From NCBI GenBank assembly GCA_964584965.1, contig CAZPBM010000068.1, forward strand, positions 2,660 through 66,659: DNA of 64,000 nt, read 5' to 3'. This DNA comes from an uncultured Candidatus Bathyarchaeia archaeon (GTDB taxonomy: Archaea; Thermoproteota; Bathyarchaeia; Bathyarchaeales; DTEX01). The notes below the pieces were generated by a model that saw nothing but the letters and a program-made list of their open reading frames with translations, was not told the DNA's origin and searched no databases. Below are positions 61,976 to 64,000 of this stretch, in pieces (position 1 is the stretch's first letter; each line of letters starts with the position of its first letter). A program made the position numbers and the translations under genes.

Positions 61976-62493
61976 TCAATTTCCATTTTGTCTTTTTTGT
62001 TTTCTGTAATGTTCCTTCATGTAATAAAATAGGTCATAGATCCGTTCAACGTCAATTTCTCTAGCCTTTATAATGCTGGTTTCGCTCGAATACTCGAAAA
62101 GGAAAGATGGTTTTCTCAGCCTTTTGAGTAATTCAAGGTTTTCAGCAATTACGCCACTTTTATTCACCCAAATAACAATTGCGAAGTCACAATCCTCAAT
62201 CATTCGTCGCTCTCTTTCTTTCAGGTTTCGACCATACTGAAAATCTTTCCAGTTACCTGCGTTATACCTTATTTTTACTGCGTGTCCAACGACCACGTTT
62301 CTGTATCCTTAAAGGCAAGGTAATCTTGGAACAATCTGCATGCTCCATAAGCCTCGCCTACGATAATTGTCACCTCGCTGTTTATGGCTTCGTCTATTCT
62401 TTCTTTTATCTCAACAGGTAATTCCTTTGCCCTAAAGGCACTGCTTCCCATTAATAGTAACTTTTTTGTTTTTGACTCTGCCTTCCTTCTCAT
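61976..62493 (-). pseudogene. small Rossmann-like (SLOG/DprA-like?) protein split by a 1-nt frameshift near 62307-62310
   Basis: The 72 aa and 106 aa ORFs join as ...CRLFQDYLAFK|GYRNVVVGHAVKIRYNAG if one G is restored in AAGG. The pattern LLLMGSS...IIVGEAYGA...FAIVIWVNKSGV weakly suggests a SLOG/DprA-type fold. Confidence 0.35.
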
Positions 62494-62607
62494 TTAGGTT
62501 AGCCTTTTTTCAGAAAACTGAAAGTCACTCGACATGAATAGAGAACTCTTTATATTTTTGGTATAAAAAGATTTGATTAAGCCTTTTGATCCTTGTTGTT
62601 TAGCAAA

Positions 62608-63162
62608 TTACTTTTCGGAGGGTTGTATTCCTCTCAAAATCAGGGCATTCATTAACACAACACCTATCGTTCCACCTATGACCCCGCCTACAGCGTGTAA
62701 ACCAGCCCAACCCAAAGTGCCTCCCCAATTTTTTAATGCAGCTGGCGTCATGAAGAAGGATGCTATTATGATTCCAGCTGTTGCTGCTGATAGTACTGAA
62801 ATTGTGAACAGGCTGATTGATCCAACGAGTTTTTTGTTGAACATCCGTTTATGACCTATTATGAAAGCTAGTATGTCAAACATGATAGAGGCAGCAGTAA
62901 AACCGAGGAAGTGCATAGCAGTAGGCATGAAAATGAAGTTTATTATTGTGGCAATAATGCCGACCATTGTTGCTGTTCCGAGTTTTCTGACGTACCACGT
63001 TGCAAGGATTATTGATGAAAATCCAATCAGATCGCACATGAATGGAAGATGAAATATTTGGAAGAAGATTGGTGAAATCAGAGAGTTCAAGACTCCCCAT
63101 AGTGCTGCGAACACTGTTATTGCTGCGATATCCTTTGTTTTGAAGTAGGTCATGTCCGTCAC
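62608..63162 (-). CDS. 6-TM membrane protein, ECF-transporter S-component-like
   Basis: The N-terminal KTKDIAAITVFAALWGVLNSL is typical of S components. The protein is 184 aa and hydrophobic throughout. It is divergent from nikR. Confidence 0.45.
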   Translation of the reverse strand: MTDMTYFKTKDIAAITVFAALWGVLNSLISPIFFQIFHLPFMCDLIGFSSIILATWYVRKLGTATMVGIIATIINFIFMPTAMHFLGFTAASIMFDILAFIIGHKRMFNKKLVGSISLFTISVLSAATAGIIIASFFMTPAALKNWGGTLGWAGLHAVGGVIGGTIGVVLMNALILRGIQPSEK

Positions 63163-63233
63163 CAGTTGAATAACACGTTTTATAAAAAACGTAACACCTC
63201 ACTTATAAGCCTTTTCCGAATTTATAATAAACC

Positions 63234-63662
63234 ATGAATGAAGAACAATCAACAACAGTAGGCGTAGTTCGATTCAGCGTGTCTCTTCCGCCAAAATTAG
63301 TGAAAGAATTTGACGCAGTGTGGAAAGAAAAAGGCTACGACAACAGGTCAAGAGCCGCGCATGACGCCTTCCGCAACTTTATAAGCGAACATAAATGGAC
63401 TTTCAGCTCAACAGAAGAAGTTGCAGGTGTAATTGTCATAATTTACTATTTGGACAAACCAGGTTTACTAAACCGTATTGTCGAGGTTCAGCACAGCTTC
63501 GAAGGCATAATCTCGTCTACAATGCATATTCACTTAGCAAGAAACAAATGTTTAGAAATAATAGCGGTTAAGGGAAAAGCTAAAGACGTTAGAGAACTTG
63601 GCGATAAACTTAGTACATTAAAGGGCGTAAAGGAAACAGAATTTGCGGTTACAACGCCTTAA
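63234..63662 (+). CDS. nikR: nickel-responsive regulator NikR (RHH + ACT-like Ni-binding domain)
   Basis: The N-terminal region VRFSVSLPPKLVKEFD is a ribbon-helix-helix. The C-terminal H-x10-H-x-H-x5-C (QHSFEGIISSTMHIHLARNKC) reproduces the E. coli NikR H76/H87/H89/C95 spacing. Confidence 0.85.
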   Translation: MNEEQSTTVGVVRFSVSLPPKLVKEFDAVWKEKGYDNRSRAAHDAFRNFISEHKWTFSSTEEVAGVIVIIYYLDKPGLLNRIVEVQHSFEGIISSTMHIHLARNKCLEIIAVKGKAKDVRELGDKLSTLKGVKETEFAVTTP

Positions 63663-63756
63663 GTTCAGTTCAAAAACATTATCAGAGTTCAAAACATTTT
63701 CAACTAGTTAAGGTAATGTTGCTGAATCGAGTTTCGGTTTGATGCCTTTGCATAAA

Positions 63757-64000
63757 TTAATTCTCAAGAACAATTATTGTGTCAATGTTGTTTTGCTTAT
63801 CTTTCGGAACAGTGACCGTGAACCCTTGCCTGTGTTTATGAATTTGAACACTTACGTCGTCATCCATTAACCAAGCATTTAAAACCCTCTTAGCGTCAAA
63901 AGGAACAAATATTTTATCCTCGCCTCTCCAGTCAAGAACGTGCAAGAAGATTCTATTCTTTTTACAGGTTGCCACATAGCTCTCAGAAGGCTTAACAGGG
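63757..64000 (-). CDS. C-terminal fragment of a larger protein, possibly a glycoside hydrolase C-terminal beta-sandwich (GH29 fucosidase-like)
   Basis: The frame stays open upstream of the track start to the window edge (PVKPSESYVATCKKN...). The motif IFLHVLDW...KIFVPF...VTVPKD...DTIIVLE resembles fucosidase C-terminal domains. Evidence is weak. Confidence 0.3.
   Translation of the reverse strand, partial: PVKPSESYVATCKKNRIFLHVLDWRGEDKIFVPFDAKRVLNAWLMDDDVSVQIHKHRQGFTVTVPKDKQNNIDTIIVLEN

Overview
The window is archaeal chromosomal DNA of moderate GC, judged by eye and not computed. Evidence for an archaeal origin: an archaeal-type uL3-uL4-uL23-uL2-uS19 operon, RadA, an ESCRT-III/CdvB-like gene, NFACT/Rqc2, an ADH-synthase/class-I aldolase, TATA-type promoters and oligo-T terminators. 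A TACK/Thermoproteota lineage such as Bathyarchaeia is only a guess.

I can support about 60 protein-coding genes, dense on both strands, several of which need TTG or GTG starts. There is one RNA gene, a solitary 23S rRNA on the minus strand (about 38565-41628) with its own tandem TATA promoter and a flanking processing stem. No 16S or 5S gene is adjacent. I found no tRNA, CRISPR array, transposase or integrase by eye.

Main findings:
- Most unusual locus (6864-10290): a translationally coupled three-gene operon. It encodes a short SMC5/6-like ABC ATPase with no hinge or zinc hook, a kleisin (ScpA)-like protein, and a tandem winged-helix kite-like (ScpB/MAGE-like) protein.
- Intergenic repeat: a roughly 60-73 nt element (G-runs, TATATATA, hairpin) occurs as an inverted pair 16 kb apart, at 38424-38493 and 54461-54533.
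- Split genes: three genes are each broken by a single-base frameshift.
- Fusion gene: a HAD-phosphatase-like domain is fused to a dolichol/polyprenol-kinase-like domain.
- Glycan-degradation region: glycoside-hydrolase genes are concentrated at 19974-32958.
- Glycosyltransferase operon: two GT-B glycosyltransferase genes sit in an operon with winged-helix proteins.
- NikR: a NikR gene with an intact Ni-site spacing lies divergent from an ECF-S-like membrane protein.

All functional calls come from reading motifs in the translations and from my recollection of protein families. No database search was run.
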